Shown here one piece after another: positions 1-12,573 of a stretch of DNA of 64,000 nt. This DNA comes from Eledone cirrhosa (lineage: Eukaryota), in assembly GCA_964016885.1 (NCBI GenBank), contig OZ024759.1:8308001-8372000 (forward strand), written 5' to 3'. The notes beneath the pieces are model-generated. The model was given only the letters and a program-made list of their open reading frames with translations, was not told where the DNA came from and searched no databases. Position numbers and translations under genes: made by a program. How positions within the stretch are numbered: position 1 is the first letter of the stretch; each line of letters opens with the position of its first letter.

Positions 1-2643
1 GTTGTATGTGATCCTAGATGTGATTATTACCTGATGGTGTGTTATATGTGGTCCTAGATCTGCATATTACCTGCTTGTGTGTTGTATGTGGTCCTAGATG
101 TATGTATCACCTGCTTGTGTGTTGTATGTGGTCCTAGATGTATGTATTACCTGCTTGTGTGTTGTATGTGGTCCTAGATGTATGTATTACCTGATTGTAT
201 AATACATGTGGTCCTAGATCTGCATATTACCTGCTTGTGTATTGTATGTGGTTCTAGATGTTTGTATTACCTGCTTGTGTGGTGCATGTGGTCCTAGATG
301 TATGTAGTACCCGATTCTCTGTTGTGTGTGGTCCTATATGTGTATATTAACTGCTTGTGTGTCGTATGTAGTCTTAAATGTATGTATTACCTGCTTGTAT
401 GTTGTATGTGGTCCTAGATGTGTGTATTACCTCTTTGTGTGGTGTATGTGGTCCTAGATGTATGTATTACCTGCTTGTGTATTGTATGTGGTCCTAGATG
501 TATGTATTACCTGCTTGTGTGTTGTATGTGGTCCTAGATGTATGTATTACCTGATTGTGTGTTGTATGTTGTCCTAGATGTGTGTATTACCTGCTTGTGT
601 GTTGTATGTGGTCCTAGATGTATGTATTACCTGCTTGTGTGTTGTATGTGGTCCTAGATGTATGTATTACCTGCTTGTGTGTTGTATGCGGTCCTAGATG
701 TGTGTATTAACTGATTATGTGTTGTATGTGGTCCTAGATGTATGTATTACCTGCTTGTATGTTGTATTTGGTCCTAGATGTATGTATTACCTGCTTGTGT
801 GATGTATTTGGTCCTAGATGTATGTATTACCTGCTTGTATGTTGTATGTGGTTCTAGATGTATGTATTACCTGCTTGTGTGTTGTATTTGGTCCTAGATG
901 TATGTATTACCTGCTTGTGTGTTGTATGTGGTCCTAGATGTATGTATTACCTGCTTGTGTGTTGTATGTGGTCCTAGATGTATGTATTACCTGCTTGTGT
1001 GTTGTATGTGGTCCTAGATGTATGTATCACCTGCTTGTGTGTTGTATGTGGTCCTAGATGTATGTATCACCTGCTTGTGTATTGTATGTGGTTCTAGATG
1101 TTTGTATTACCTGCTTGTGTGGTGCATGTGGTTCTAGATGTATGTAGTACCCGATTCTCTGTTTGTGTGTGGTCCTAGATGTGTATATTATCTGCTTGTG
1201 TATCGTATGTAGTCTTCGATGTGTGTATTACCTGCTTGTGTGTTGTATGTGGTCCTAGATGTGTGTATTACCTGCTTGTGTTCTGTATTTGGTCCTAGAT
1301 GTATGTATTACCTCTTTGTGTGTTGGATTTGGTCCTAGATGTGTGTATTACCTGCTTGTATGTTGTATTTGGTCCTAGATGTATGTATTACCTCTTTGTG
1401 TGTTGTATGTGCTCCTAGATGTGTGTATTACCTGCTTGTATGTTGTATGTGGTCCTAGATGTATGTATGTATTACCTGTTTGTGTGTTGTATGTGGTCCT
1501 AGATGTGTGTATTACCTGCTTGTGTGTTGTATATGGTCCTAGATGTGTGTATTACCCGTTTGTGTGTTGTATGTGGTCCTAGATGTGTGTATTACCCGTT
1601 TGTGTGTTGTTTGTGGTCCTAGATGTATGTATTACCTGCTTGTGTATTGTATGTGGTCCTAGATGTATGTATTACCTACTTGTGTGTTGTATGTGGTCCT
1701 AGATGTATGTATTACCTGCTTGTGTGTTGTATGTGGTCCTAGATGTGTGTATTACCCGTTTGTGTGTTGTATGTGGTCCTAGACGTGTGTATCACCTGCT
1801 TGTGTGTTGTTTGTGGTCCTAGATGTATGTATTACCTGCTTGTGTATTGTATGTGGTCCTAGATGTGTGTATTACCTGCTTGTGTGTTGTATGTGGTCCT
1901 AGATGTGTGTATTACCTGTTTGTGTGTTGTATGTGCTCCTAGATGTGTGTATTACCTGTTTGTGTGTTGTATGTGGTTCTAGATGTGTGTATTACCTGCT
2001 TGTGTGTTGTATGTGGTCCTAGATGTGTGTATTACCTGTTTGTGTGTTGTATGTGCTCCTAGATGTGTGTATTACCTGCTGGTGTGTTGTATGTGGTCCT
2101 AGATGTGTGTATTACCTGCTTGTGTGTTGTATATGGTCCTAGATATGTGTATTACCTTTTTGTGTGTTGTATGTGGTCGTAGACGTGTGTATCACCTGCT
2201 TGTGTGTTGTATGTGGTCCTAGATGTATGTATTACCTGCTTGTGTGTTGTATGTGGTCCTAGACGTGTGTATTACCTGCTTGTGTGTTGTATGTAGTCCT
2301 AGATGTATGTATTTCCTGCTTGCATGTTGCATGTGGTCCTACATGTATGTATTACCTGCTTGTGTGGTGCATGTGGTTCTAGATGTGTGTATTAAATGCT
2401 TGTGTTGTATGTGATCTTAGATGTGTGTATTACCTGCTTGTGTGTTGTATGTGGTCCTAGATGTGTGTATTACCTGCTTCTGTGTTGTATGTGGTCCTAG
2501 ATGTGTGTATTACCACTTGTGTGTTGTATGTGGTCCTAGATGTGTGTATTACCTGCTTCTGTGTTGTATGTGGTCCTAGATGTGTGTATTACCACTTGTG
2601 TGTTGTATGTGGTCCTAGATGTATGTTTATCCTGCTTGTGTGT
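1..2643. repeat. 40-bp tandem minisatellite (GTTGTATGTGGTCCTAGATGTATGTATTACCTGCTTGTGT)n, ~66 copies, runs off window start
   Basis: Unit visibly repeats every 40 nt with scattered substitutions and indels. Confidence 0.97.
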
Positions 2644-2694
2644 TTCTTTTTCTATTTTCCTTCTCCCGTTCCTTTAAATTCTATTTGTTTGTGC

Positions 2695-3012
2695 TTTCGA
2701 TCGGTAGAGGGTCGGTCGCCATGCTTTGTAGTATAGAGTTACGGCTCTTTACGTCTGAGTTCAAATCGCGCCGTTAACTTTGCCTGTCATCCTTACGGGG
2801 TTGATAAAATTAAGTACCAGTAATACACTGGTATAATTGCTGGCCTTGTGCCAAAAGTAGAAACATTTATATTATTATTATTATTATTGAAATTAGAGTT
2901 CAAATCCTGCCGTGGTTAACTTTGTCTCTCATCCTTACAGGGTCGATAAAATAAAGTACCAGTAATACACTGCGTAATTGTTGGCCTTGTGCCAAAATTA
3001 AAAACAATTATA
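2695..3012 (+). mobile_element. Two adjacent fragments of tRNA-derived SINE (family A)
   Basis: B-box GAGTTCAAATC, central block AACTTTGCC..CATCCTTACGGGGT.GATAAAAT.AAGTACCAGT and (ATT)n tail; same family recurs about 10 times in window. Confidence 0.85.
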
Positions 3013-3240
3013 ATTGAAATTAGAATAACATCTGAAGGGAGATAGCTCGTTTCTATTTTTCATACAAATTCCATTGCACAGTTTAACCCCGAGTGTATTA
3101 CAAGTACATAGTTATCAAATGTAGAAATTACTAATATCTTTACCAGTTAACTCGAAACGCAGCAACTATTGACTTCATTATAAAGATTATTAAATATTAT
3201 ATTATGTAATAAACAGATAAACTGACGAAATATACGATAA

Positions 3241-3297
<57 letters not shown>

Positions 3298-3302
<5 letters not shown>

Positions 3303-3628
3303 AGATCAAAAGATGGTTAAATGAGTTCCATGTATTTTATTATGCGCATTTCAAAAACAAATATCATCATGCAATAATATTTGTGTTTTCATCAGATAAA
3401 ACAGGAAGACGTGATATGAAGGTTAAAAAACACTTGTGGATAGTGCAGTTTTAAATCAACATATGAGAAGTAGTTTTAGATTGATGAAATGCGCATAATA
3501 AAATACATGGAACTCTTTTAACCATCTTTTGTTCTTATATATTATGTATACTCCAGTCCTACAAACTGTAGAGTGCTTCTTATCCGATATCTGCATTGCT
3601 TTATTGTACTACAATAAAACTCACCTCC

Positions 3629-3630
<2 letters not shown>
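3298..3630. mobile_element. Penelope-like inverted-repeat element between (TA)n tracts
   Basis: Inverted arms ~3298-3353 / ~3485-3543, one-sided tail to 3630, contains a hammerhead. Confidence 0.75.
3335..3401 (-). ncRNA. Minimal type-I hammerhead ribozyme
   Basis: ttttat-CUGAUGA-helix II (aaac acaaatat..atatttgt tttt)-GAAA-ugcgca-UA-ataaaa; helix I ttttat/ataaaa; palindromic helix III. Confidence 0.85.
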
Positions 3631-3672
<42 letters not shown>

Positions 3673-3776
3673 TAAGAGGAATTCCAACTTTGTCTGATTT
3701 ACTCGTTTTATTTACAATGCTTTAAAATTATAATGATATTATAATGAAATAGTATGGTAGAATATTAAATGTTAAT

Positions 3777-3815
3777 TGAACAAGTACTTTCATGCTTTCG
3801 CAATCCTCAGGTTCA
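3777..3815 (-). ncRNA. Minimal type-I hammerhead ribozyme (39 nt)
   Basis: tgaac-CUGAGGA-u ugc GAAA gca u-GAAA-guac-UU-gttca; perfect 5-bp helix I, GNRA-capped helix II, palindromic GUAC loop. Confidence 0.88.
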
Positions 3816-3838
3816 TATTCAGTGGTGACAGTCAAGTT

Positions 3839-4160
3839 TGGTGATGTCCAGCAGAAGCAAGGGGTACAACCGTCTATGCATTTCAGGCTTAACTGGCCTT
3901 CGTCAGGACGGTCCCTCCCACGGCTTGCGACAGCTGGACTAGGAGACAGCTGAGAATATATAAATTTCTCGTCTGTGTAAATGAGGTGATTAATCTCAAC
4001 TTATAATAGAAAAGGAATAGGATTTCGCTTCAAGCATAGCTATTCCCAGCTGTCTCCTAGTCCAGCTGTCGCAAGCGGTGGGAGGTTCCGTCCTTACGAA
4101 GGCCAGTTAGGCCTGAAATGCATAGACGGTTGTCCCCTTTGCTTCTGCTGGACAACACCA
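3839..4160. mobile_element. Palindromic Penelope-like element (~120-bp arms)
   Basis: 3839-3958 is the imperfect reverse complement of ~4041-4160; each arm holds a hammerhead copy. Confidence 0.8.
3869..3912 (-). ncRNA. Minimal type-I hammerhead ribozyme
   Basis: accgtc-CUGACGA-aggc cagttaa gcct-GAAA-ugca-UA-gacggt; the copy on the other arm (4087-4130, +) has a mutated core CUUACGA. Confidence 0.9.
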
Positions 4161-5024
4161 GAGGGCGTTATCCCCCCGGTGTTTGCATAACTCGGCTTCC
4201 TAAAACTGTATTTTTTTGGAGATACGAAATATTTATATTTAATAGTGTTTCACCTAGTGAAATGGTTAATTAGTAAATGAATATTTTAAAGAAGATAATA
4301 ATTAGATACAAATAAAGGACACTTACCTGTTTTTCGTTCAACAGTTTAATAAACCTAATTGAACATCTTGAAACTCAGTATTTTCATCTTTAACACAATG
4401 GACTCTTCCTCTCTCCCTCTCCTCTTTCTTTCCCCCTCTCTCTTATTTTAAACTCTTTCTAAAAGTTCTTCTACGTCTCACTCTCTGTCTTACCCTTTCT
4501 ACAACCTTTTCTCTCTCCCACCCTCTCTCTCTCTCTCTCTTATACTTTCAACAAGGTCTTCTCCCTCCCCCTCTCTCCATCTTACCCTTTCTACATCTCT
4601 CTCCCCCCACTCTCTATCATACCTTCACTACATCTCCCTCTCCCCCTCTCTCTACAACACTCCCCCTGTCTCTAGTCCATTACAGGAGTAACCCTCCTCC
4701 AGCCGTAACCTATTTTAAGAACCCAACACACCACCCAGTCCAGGAATCGAACTCACGACATTATAATCGAAGGTCCAACATTTTCACAGTAAGGAATCAA
4801 TAAAAAAGAAAACGTAGTATGTCTGTGTGTATATGTATGTGTATACAGTGTACCCACGGCATTCGCTGCCCTCGATATTCGCGGATTTTATCTTAAAACC
4901 GAACTAATAATTGTACGTGGAAACCACCGCATATTCGCGGAATCGTAAATATCTTCCGCGATTTTTAATGGCTTTTTTCGTGGCAAAATATATATTTTTT
5001 AACGCTAAATTATACAAATATGAG

Positions 5025-5918
5025 TACATCAGGGTTCGGTCCTCAGCCCGCTCTTGTTCATTATAGTCCTCCAAGCCATAACAGGGGAGTTTAAGACTGG
5101 CTGTCCATGAGAACTTCTCTATGCTGACAATCTGGTTATTATAGCAGAATCAGTAGAGGAGCTAGAGAATAAATTCTGGCTATGGAAACAGCAGTTGGAA
5201 GCAAGAGGACTGAGAGTGAACCTAGCTAAGACAAAAGTGTTGATGAGTTGAAGAGAGGACAAAACTCTGATTCCGTCAGGGAAATAGCCATGTTCAATAT
5301 GTAGGAAAGGAGCTGATACCTAGGTGATCAGATTAGCATGGGAGGGGAGTGTTCCGAGGCCATAGTATCTAGAATAAGGACGGGCTGGAAGAAGTTTAGG
5401 GAGCTGCTTCCCTTGTTGGCAAAGTACGGTTTCTCCTTGCGTACGAAAGGCCGGTTATATGATGCCTGTGCGAGGTGCGCGATGCTGCATGGTAGTGAGA
5501 CATGGGCAGCAACTGCAGAGGATATGCGACGGCTGGAGAGAAATGAAGCAAGCATGCTCCGTTGAATGTGCAATGTCAATGTGCGTAAACGACCATGCAT
5601 AGATGAGTTGAGAGAGAAACTGGGTATAAGAGCGATAAGCTGTAGTGTACGGGAAAGAAGACTGCACTGGTATGGATATGTGATGTGCATGGAGGATGAG
5701 CGATGGGTGAAGAAGTGCCAAGAAATCCCAGTAGAAGGAAGACGCAGTAGAGGTAGACCACGAAAAACATGGGCGGAGGTGGTGAGAGCACACCTCAGAT
5801 CATTGAAGCTCACGGTGGAGATGACGAAGGACCGTGACAAGTGGAGAGATGCTGTGCTGAATAGGACCCGTCCCACCCTTGCAAGCAGGGAAAAGCAGAC
5901 GTAAATGATGATGATGAT
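5025..5918 (+). mobile_element. RTE-type LINE, decayed 3' portion (RT C-terminus and thumb)
   Basis: QGSVLSPL and ELLYADNLVII RT motifs, RRLHWYGYVM..GRRSRGRPRKTW, in-frame stops, (TGA)n tail. Confidence 0.9.
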
Positions 5919-6064
5919 ACCGTATTTGCCGGCCTATTGGACGTCCCTTCATTTTTTAAAATTATATTTTTCGTTATATTTTGACATTTTATAGGAATTT
6001 TTTGGACAACGTCCAATATTGGCGAGTTTTCACTCTTCGTTGGTCCTCTAGGAACATAACCCCC

Positions 6065-6119
<55 letters not shown>

Positions 6120-6121
6120 AC

Positions 6122-6711
6122 TTTTTAAAACATGTTATCCATGTGCAACCAGCAGTATTCTTCTCACCCATATTTTCATATATTTACCTAAACTGCGATT
6201 CTGTTTTTCTCTCTCTCTCTCTTACTGCTCCCTCGTTCTCTCTGTTTCTCTTACTTTCTTTCGTCCCCTCTGCCATGTCAGTTAACTCTTTCTCTCTACT
6301 GACCTCTTCCTCGCACTCCCACTCACTCAGTCCCTGTTTCTCCCCTTCTTTCTTCCTCCCGTTCGCTGGGAAAACGGTTTTCATTCTTTCTAACACCGGA
6401 TTCACTAGCGAAAGGTCTGTTTCTGACTCGCTCATATATTCACACAGCTTAGGCTGAAAGAATAACTATGTTGCTTGTGTTTATTTCCATCTTCGGTTAG
6501 CTTCCCCCCCCCCCTGTGTTGTTTACATGTCTCACTCGCTTTACGCGGTTCTATTGTCTTAATAACTTATTTTAGTTATTATCGCTCCAACGTGAGGTAT
6601 ATGATTTTTAATGCGATGAAATACCTATGATCGTTTGGTAAATCACTGATGAGGGACTCATTTTATAACATGTTATCCATGTGCAACCAGCAGTATTCTT
6701 CTCACCCATAT

Positions 6712-6718
<7 letters not shown>
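6122..6718. mobile_element. (TA)n-flanked element with ~58-bp direct terminal repeat
   Basis: ACATGTTATCCATGTGCAACCAGCAGTATTCTTCTCACCCATATTTTCATA at ~6130 and ~6668. Confidence 0.6.
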
Positions 6719-6788
<70 letters not shown>

Positions 6789-6865
6789 CATGTGTATGTG
6801 TGTATGTGTGTGTGTATATATGTATATATGTGTATGCACATGTGTGTGTGCGTGTGTACATACAT

Positions 6866-7050
6866 ATAATTGTTTCTACGTTAGGCACAAGGCAAGTAAA
6901 TACCCCAGTGCATTACTGGTACTTTATTTTATCGACCCCGTAAGGATGAAAGGCAAAGTTAACCTCGGTGTGATTTGAACTCAGACCATAAAGGGCCTTA
7001 ACTCTATGCGTCAAAGCATGGCGTCCGGCCCTCTCCCGATACTGTCAATC
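6866..7050 (-). mobile_element. tRNA-derived SINE family A
   Basis: Near full-length match to copies at 11045-11230 and 30530-30715. Confidence 0.85.
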
Positions 7051-7189
7051 CCAATTTTCACTCTCTAAAAAACAAAAACAATTAAATAAAGAAATAATAA
7101 AAAAAGAAGGGGAAACAAAAGGAAAGAAAGAATAGGGAAATATAGAGAAAAAATAGAAAAAGAAAGAATAAAAAGAACGGGAAGGGGAG

Positions 7190-7930
7190 GGATGGTAAAA
7201 GCTCTGGTGTCGCAGGAGAGAGGGGAAGGGTGAAGGGGAGAGAGATTGGCCTTAGGGCAGAAGTGCTGCACCCCGATGACAAGACGACAAAAGCATTCCC
7301 CTGGATGACAGTCAGTGACACCCGTTGCAACAACCGCCCAGCCTCGCTCCGATCTTGCGGAGGAGCTCGGCAGAACGGGGTCCAAGTACGCCTGAGGTCT
7401 CAACGGCGGCCGGATAAACCCCGGTGTTTGTTTAATTTACATTCTTTTGCGAAGTGGGCTGCGATGCCGGGGTCAGTGGCCGAAGCGACTAAGTTGGAGG
7501 TGGAGAAGGTGTCGCAGCAGGTGGCGTACCAGATGAGGGATCTACCTCCTTCGAATGGGAAGAGGGTGATTCCGTCGAGGCGCTTGCCATCTCTGCGATC
7601 TAGGCCGGCTGGCTCCAGTTGAAATGGAAAGCCAGCTGCGTCCAGGCTCCTTCTCAATATGTGTGTATCAGAGCGGCGTGTCGGGGGAACCGGCCTGCGC
7701 CCTGGCGGCAAGACGCGGGCGCAAGCCGAACTTGTCAACAACTACACCGCAGTGGCATTTATGTGGCTCCCCGAGGCCAAAGCGTTGGGTTACTCTGATG
7801 CGAGTACACTCATCATCAAGAAGGGTACCGGTTGATGAGGAGAGCACCGAATTGAGCCACGCGCCGCTTTGGGGCTGAGAAGCAGAGCGAGGGCAGACGA
7901 GGCGGTGTTGGTCCAAGCCAGACTCGATCT
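7190..7930 (-). mobile_element. CRE-clade non-LTR retrotransposon 3' fragment (zinc knuckle plus restriction-like endonuclease), frameshifted
   Basis: SGAWL..HKCHCG..LEPAGLDRRDGKRLDGITLFPFEGGRSLIWYATCCDTF resembles the EPxGLxRxDGKRPDG..WDATCxDT RLE signature of CRE elements. Confidence 0.8.
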
Positions 7931-8699
7931 GCCTGACTTAAGGATTTGCAAAATAAAATTTCAAAGCTTCAAAGATTTTACTTACCTCCCTTGAAAACTG
8001 CTCTAAGGGAGGTAACTCTGGATGAAATATAAAAATTTGGTTCTTTTTGTCCTCGAAAGATGAGCTTTCGTTAGTTTAACTTAAACATTGAATTTATAAA
8101 TTTATTTTAAAACAAAATAAAGGAAATTTACAATTCATTGACGTATGTAGATTAGAAATAATTACAGCGAGAAGAGAAAATGGGGATGAGGCGACAGACC
8201 CTCGTTTAACGTGGTGTATCATGCTTGTAACACCATGGACGATATGGTGAAGTTATTGGAAGAGGCTATGTAGCCAGTAAGAGGTCATGTAGCCGGTAAG
8301 GGTGTCAGACTCCATGAGTTGCAGCCAAAGTTAAAACAAAGTTAAAATGATTTAGTCGTCCATTGGTAACGTACGTTACGCTTTAGTTACATACACACAC
8401 ATCTACACATAAATACATAAATACACTACACAAAACAGACGGTGCTTGTGAAACGCTATAGCTATGTGTGGTGCGTCCCTTTAGGGTTTACCGGCTACAT
8501 AGCCTATTCGGAAGATATTGTCGCGGAGAAGACAGGGCGATACCCGCTATATCAGCCACCCCACCTCTCTTCGTTAGGAGGAATGAACTCCTCCCAGTTT
8601 TGTAGAGGTGAAGAGGCAGTTGGGAGACTGGAGGGGACACTGACGTCTCTCAACTCCCAGTATTTCGTTATCTTCCTCTCCTTTCACCTTTTCAATGAC

Positions 8700-8860
8700 A
8701 GTGTCCGGATGTGTGGCTGAAGGGACAAGTTGGAGGTGGAGGAGAAAGTATCGCAGGATATGGTGTTCCAGATTTAGCTCTCACCAACGGGAAGAGGCCT
8801 TGTCTGGGGACTTACTACCGGAGCCTGCAAACTCCAGACTGATTCAGAGAATATGCCAGA
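8700..8860 (-). mobile_element. Older, diverged CRE-like RLE fragment
   Basis: AAGTTGGAGGTGGAGGAGAAAGTATCGCAGG..CCAGAT aligns with 7491-7534. Confidence 0.45.
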
Positions 8861-9000
8861 TTATTCCCCTTTAACGATCTCAGAAGTAGATAAAACTAAA
8901 TCACCGTCTCTAAAGGGAGGTAACCGAGACGTCGATTTTATTTTTTAGTCATCTCACACCGTTATACACAAAAACTGTATACACACACACACATATATAT

Positions 9001-9211
9001 AATAATTGTTTCTACTTTAGACACAAGGTCAGCAATTACCCAGTACATTACTGGTACTTTATTTTATCGACCCCGTAAGGATGAAAGGCAAAGTCAACCT
9101 CGGCGGGATTTGAACTCAGATCGTAAAGGGACGTAACTATGCCGGAGATAATAATAATTGTTTCTACTTTAGGCACAAGGCCAGCAATTACTCAGTGCAT
9201 TACTGGTACTT

Positions 9212-9212
<1 letters not shown>
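9001..9212 (-). mobile_element. SINE family A, two truncated copies
   Basis: Same central block and B-box (GATTTGAACTC on +). Confidence 0.8.
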
Positions 9213-9254
<42 letters not shown>

Positions 9255-9444
9255 GAACGAATCAAAAGCTCGTCGGACCTCTGCTGTCGTTACCGTAACA
9301 GGTCTAACGAGCTTTTGATTCCAGAGTCAGGCGAGATCGATGCAGATCGAACCTTGAGCTGATCAATAGAGAAACGCGCGTCACTACTCAATAAATGTAA
9401 TGAAGACATAACAAATCGTTCTTTTTATTATTATTATTACACTC

Positions 9445-9631
9445 TGCGGTGGATTGGCAGTCTCGGTAGAGGGTCGGACGCCTTGCAGCACAGTTACGTC
9501 CCTTTATGGACTGAGTTCAAATCCCGCCGAGGTTAACTTTGCCTTTCATCCTTACGGGGTCGATAAAATAAAGTACCAGTAATGTACTGGGGTAATTACT
9601 GGCCTTGTGCCAATAGTAGAAACAATTATTA
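9445..9631 (+). mobile_element. SINE family A, full length, inserted in a Penelope-like element
   Basis: A-box-like TGGCAGTCTCGG and B-box GAGTTCAAATC; ATTATTACACTCTGC repeated at both flanks (~9433 and ~9625), consistent with a target-site duplication. Confidence 0.85.
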
Positions 9632-9721
9632 CACTCTGCTTAGTTCTATACCTCTATACTTACTGGAAACTACGCATTGAGTGTTCACTCTAGTGAACTA
9701 ACACTACCTGGACCTTACATG

Positions 9722-9775
<54 letters not shown>

Positions 9776-9778
<3 letters not shown>

Positions 9779-10760
9779 CAGAAGGCATTCGACAGTGGGT
9801 AACGGGGAATCGCTGTGGAATATCGTGCACTCGTACGGCATTCCTGCAAGATCCATTGCTATATTCAAGGACCTGTACACTAACTCCAGCTGCTGTGTGC
9901 GAACTGAGTCCGGTGTGACGGAGTTCTTTGACATTGTCTCCAGAGTCAGACAGGGTTGCATTCTCTCTCTGCTGCTGTTCCTGCTGGAAGTCAATTTCGT
10001 TCTAAGGCGAACAGATGAAGGACCCGGTCGAGGAATCCCATGGAGAGGCCAGTCGTGACTGAGGGAGCTGGCATTCGCCAACGACATTGCTTTGATTGCT
10101 GAAGACAGTGCAGATCTGCAGGCCCTAACAACATCCCTGCAAGAGAGTGTGGAAAAGATCGGCCTGAGAATCAACACCAAAAAGACCAATGTGATGAGGA
10201 CAGCCAACAACACAGGTCCAGCGATCAGCCAACCAACAAGACCTGGAAGAAGTCGATACCTTCACCTATCTGGGCAACATCCTGGCAAACAATGACAACA
10301 AGGAGCTCGACATCAACTGTCAGATTGACAAAGGAGCTGCAGTTTTCCAGCAGATGCACCCAGTCTGGTGGTCTTCATGCATCAGCACCAGGATCAAGCT
10401 GCACCTGTAGAAGAGCATCGTGCTGCCAACAGTGCTTTACACAAGCAAAACCTGGAAGAGCTTGGCAGAGATAGAGGGTTGAATGCATTCCACTAGCGGC
10501 GTCTGCGAATTATCCTTCGTGTATCCTGCATGGCATGACCGAGTGCGAAACGAGGAAATCCCGTGGAGCGCCGAGTCGTGGACGCTGCAGAGGGAGATCA
10601 AGGAGCGCCGGTACAACCTGGCTGGCCATATTGGACGCCAGCTCCACGAATGGCGGCAAATGGAGAGCAGGTTTGCCCCGGGATCACCTGGCGACGAACA
10701 TTCCAAAAAGACTTGATGGGAGCCAATATCACTTGGAACAGACATGAAAAAGTCGGCGCT
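9776..10760 (+). mobile_element. RTE-type LINE RT fragment, pseudogenised
   Basis: KAFD.., VRQGCILS, LAFANDIAL, GLRINTKKT, LAGHI motifs across frameshifts. Confidence 0.85.
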
Positions 10761-10999
10761 GAATCACCCCCTCTCCTTCTTCTCCTCTCCCCCTCCTTCT
10801 TCTCCTCCCCCCTCCTGCTCCTACCCTCTCCAGTCACAACAAAGCCATTAGCAGAGAAGGATGGACAGACAAAATGACTTTCTTCTCTGAAAGAAAAACA
10901 TATGTGAAGATTAACTTTTCTTCCCCTCTTTATATTTTTGTTATTATCACTATCTTCACTATTTGTACAAATATGCAACTTAACAATATTCTGCATATC

Positions 11000-11039
11000 T
11001 GCAACTGACGATGCGTTGAATGCTGAAACCGGTATTGTA
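11000..11039 (+). ncRNA. Minimal type-I hammerhead ribozyme
   Basis: tgcaa-CUGACGA-ugcgu uga augcu-GAAA-ccgg-UA-ttgta followed by AATAAA. Confidence 0.88.
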
Positions 11040-11044
11040 AATAA

Positions 11045-11230
11045 ATTTATTGTTTTTACATTTGGCACAAGGCCAGCAATTATACCAGTACATTACTGGT
11101 GCTTTATTTTATCGACCCCGTAAGGATGAAAGGCAAAGTTAACCTCGGCGGGATTTGAACTCAGAATGGCAAGGGCCGTAACTCTATGCGTCAAAGCATG
11201 GCGTCCGACCCTCTACCGATACTGCCAAAA
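11045..11230 (-). mobile_element. SINE family A
   Basis: Full match to family A. Confidence 0.85.
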
Positions 11231-11290
11231 TTAATGTTTTCAAATTTCAACATTTTCTACAGGAAAAAACTTTTATCTTTCTACTATTTG

Positions 11291-11325
<35 letters not shown>

Positions 11326-11329
<4 letters not shown>

Positions 11330-11540
11330 AAGTATGACCCCGACGGCAGAGCTCAAGCCGTTTCGACGGCTATTTCTGGAGTTTGTATTTCTTATTTGTT
11401 GAGTCCAGAAATAGCCGTCGAAACGGCTTGAGCTCTGCCGTCTAGGTCATACTTTTTCCTATTTCCCACTCTACTACCCTAAGTATTGAGTACTCTGGTG
11501 CGTTATGGTCCATCTGGTTCCTTACCACATTTCCTTTGTT
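11326..11540. mobile_element. Short palindromic (TA)n-inserted element with tail; relatives at ~15870-16010, 26520-26629, 54322-54514
   Basis: ~55-bp inverted arms AAAAGTATGACCCCGACGGCAGAGCTCAAGCCGTTTCGACGGCTATTTCTGGA plus a shared ~80-bp tail. Confidence 0.8.
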
Positions 11541-11684
11541 ATATATATATATATATATATCCAGAGAGTGTAACTTGGAGTTACTGGAGTTTCACCCGGT
11601 GTTTAGGTTCACTTCAGTGTTGAGGTGTAGAGCTATACAGAGTGTATTATAGTGAAAAGAAGTAACCAAGTCCTTGTTATCTTT

Positions 11685-12003
11685 GAGGCACATGGCTTAG
11701 TGGTTAGAGCATTGGCCTTGCAATCGAAAAGTTGTGAGTTCAATTCTCAGACCGGGTGATGTGTTGTTTCCTTGAGCAAGACACTTTATTTCACATTGCT
11801 CCAGTTTACTCAGCTGTAGAAATGAGATGATAGGGACTGGGGTCCCTATCATTCCACTGCAAAATGGTGCCACGGCAAAGAGGTGCCACGGCAAAAAAGC
11901 ACCCAGCACTCACTGTAAATGAGGTTGGTGTTAGGAAGGGCATCCAGCTGTAGAAATCAAGCCAGAATCACTCTTGCAAGCAAGGAAAAGTGGACGTAAA
12001 ATG
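11685..12003 (+). mobile_element. tRNA-derived CORE-type SINE (family B) with RTE-like 3' tail
   Basis: A-box TGGCTTAGTGG, B-box GAGTTCAATTC, CORE-like CCTTGAGCAAGACACTTT; 3' end CTTGCAAGCAAGGAAAAGTGGACGTAAAATGA matches RTE ends at 5878-5907 and 13476-13506. Confidence 0.8.
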
Positions 12004-12014
12004 AAATTAATATA

Positions 12015-12315
12015 TATAGAAAAAAAGATGAAATCGAAAATGCAACTGGAGTCTTATTTTAACAAAAATATATATATTTATTTGGTTCCTTTACCGGTTT
12101 CGCAGTTCAGATCTGAGAAAAATCACAGACCCTCCATCTCAACTCTACTTTTGAAAAGCAGAAGAACTGCGAAACCGATAAAGGAACCAAATAAATATAT
12201 ATATTTTTTTTAAAAATAAGACTCCAGTTGCATTTTCGATTTCATCTTTTTTTCTTTATACTTTCACTCGTGTAGAACACCTCGGTTATTTTTCATTTTG
12301 TAAAAAAACCCTCAC

Positions 12316-12320
<5 letters not shown>
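12015..12320. mobile_element. Palindromic Penelope-like element with degenerate hammerhead
   Basis: Arms ~12015-12107 / ~12163-12259; CAGAAGA..GAAA-ccg(g/a)-UA..AATAAA. Confidence 0.7.
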
Positions 12321-12377
<57 letters not shown>

Positions 12378-12518
12378 AGTTTATGTTGGTTGTATACCAA
12401 CACCTCAGTATGCAGGTTGGAGCACTCGACAAAGTGCGCAGGTTGGTTTGGTTACTCCGGAGTAGTGTAAAATAAAGTTAAATAAAAGTCAAATGATTAA
12501 AATTTAGCTTCGTTTATT

Positions 12519-12573
12519 ACTGCTATATATATTTCAGTGACAGCCATCTTTGGCTGTGACCTCTTCAGGCAGT
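12519..12573 (-). ncRNA. Hammerhead ribozyme (left arm copy)
   Basis: Reverse complement of 12789-12843. Confidence 0.88.

Noticed and set aside
3221-3240. CTGACGA core
   Set aside because: No helix II, helix III or helix I pairing
4846-5020. TA|CAGTGTACCC.. pogo/Tigger-like end (also TACAGGTTGGGCCAAAAG at ~16196)
   Set aside because: No matching second TIR found; cannot delimit an element
6615-6660. GAAA...CTGATGA as a type II/III hammerhead
   Set aside because: No room for UH plus helix I between the motifs, and no downstream GAAA
11688-11755. tRNA gene
   Set aside because: A and B boxes belong to a SINE head; no cloverleaf acceptor stem, and it is followed by a CORE-like domain
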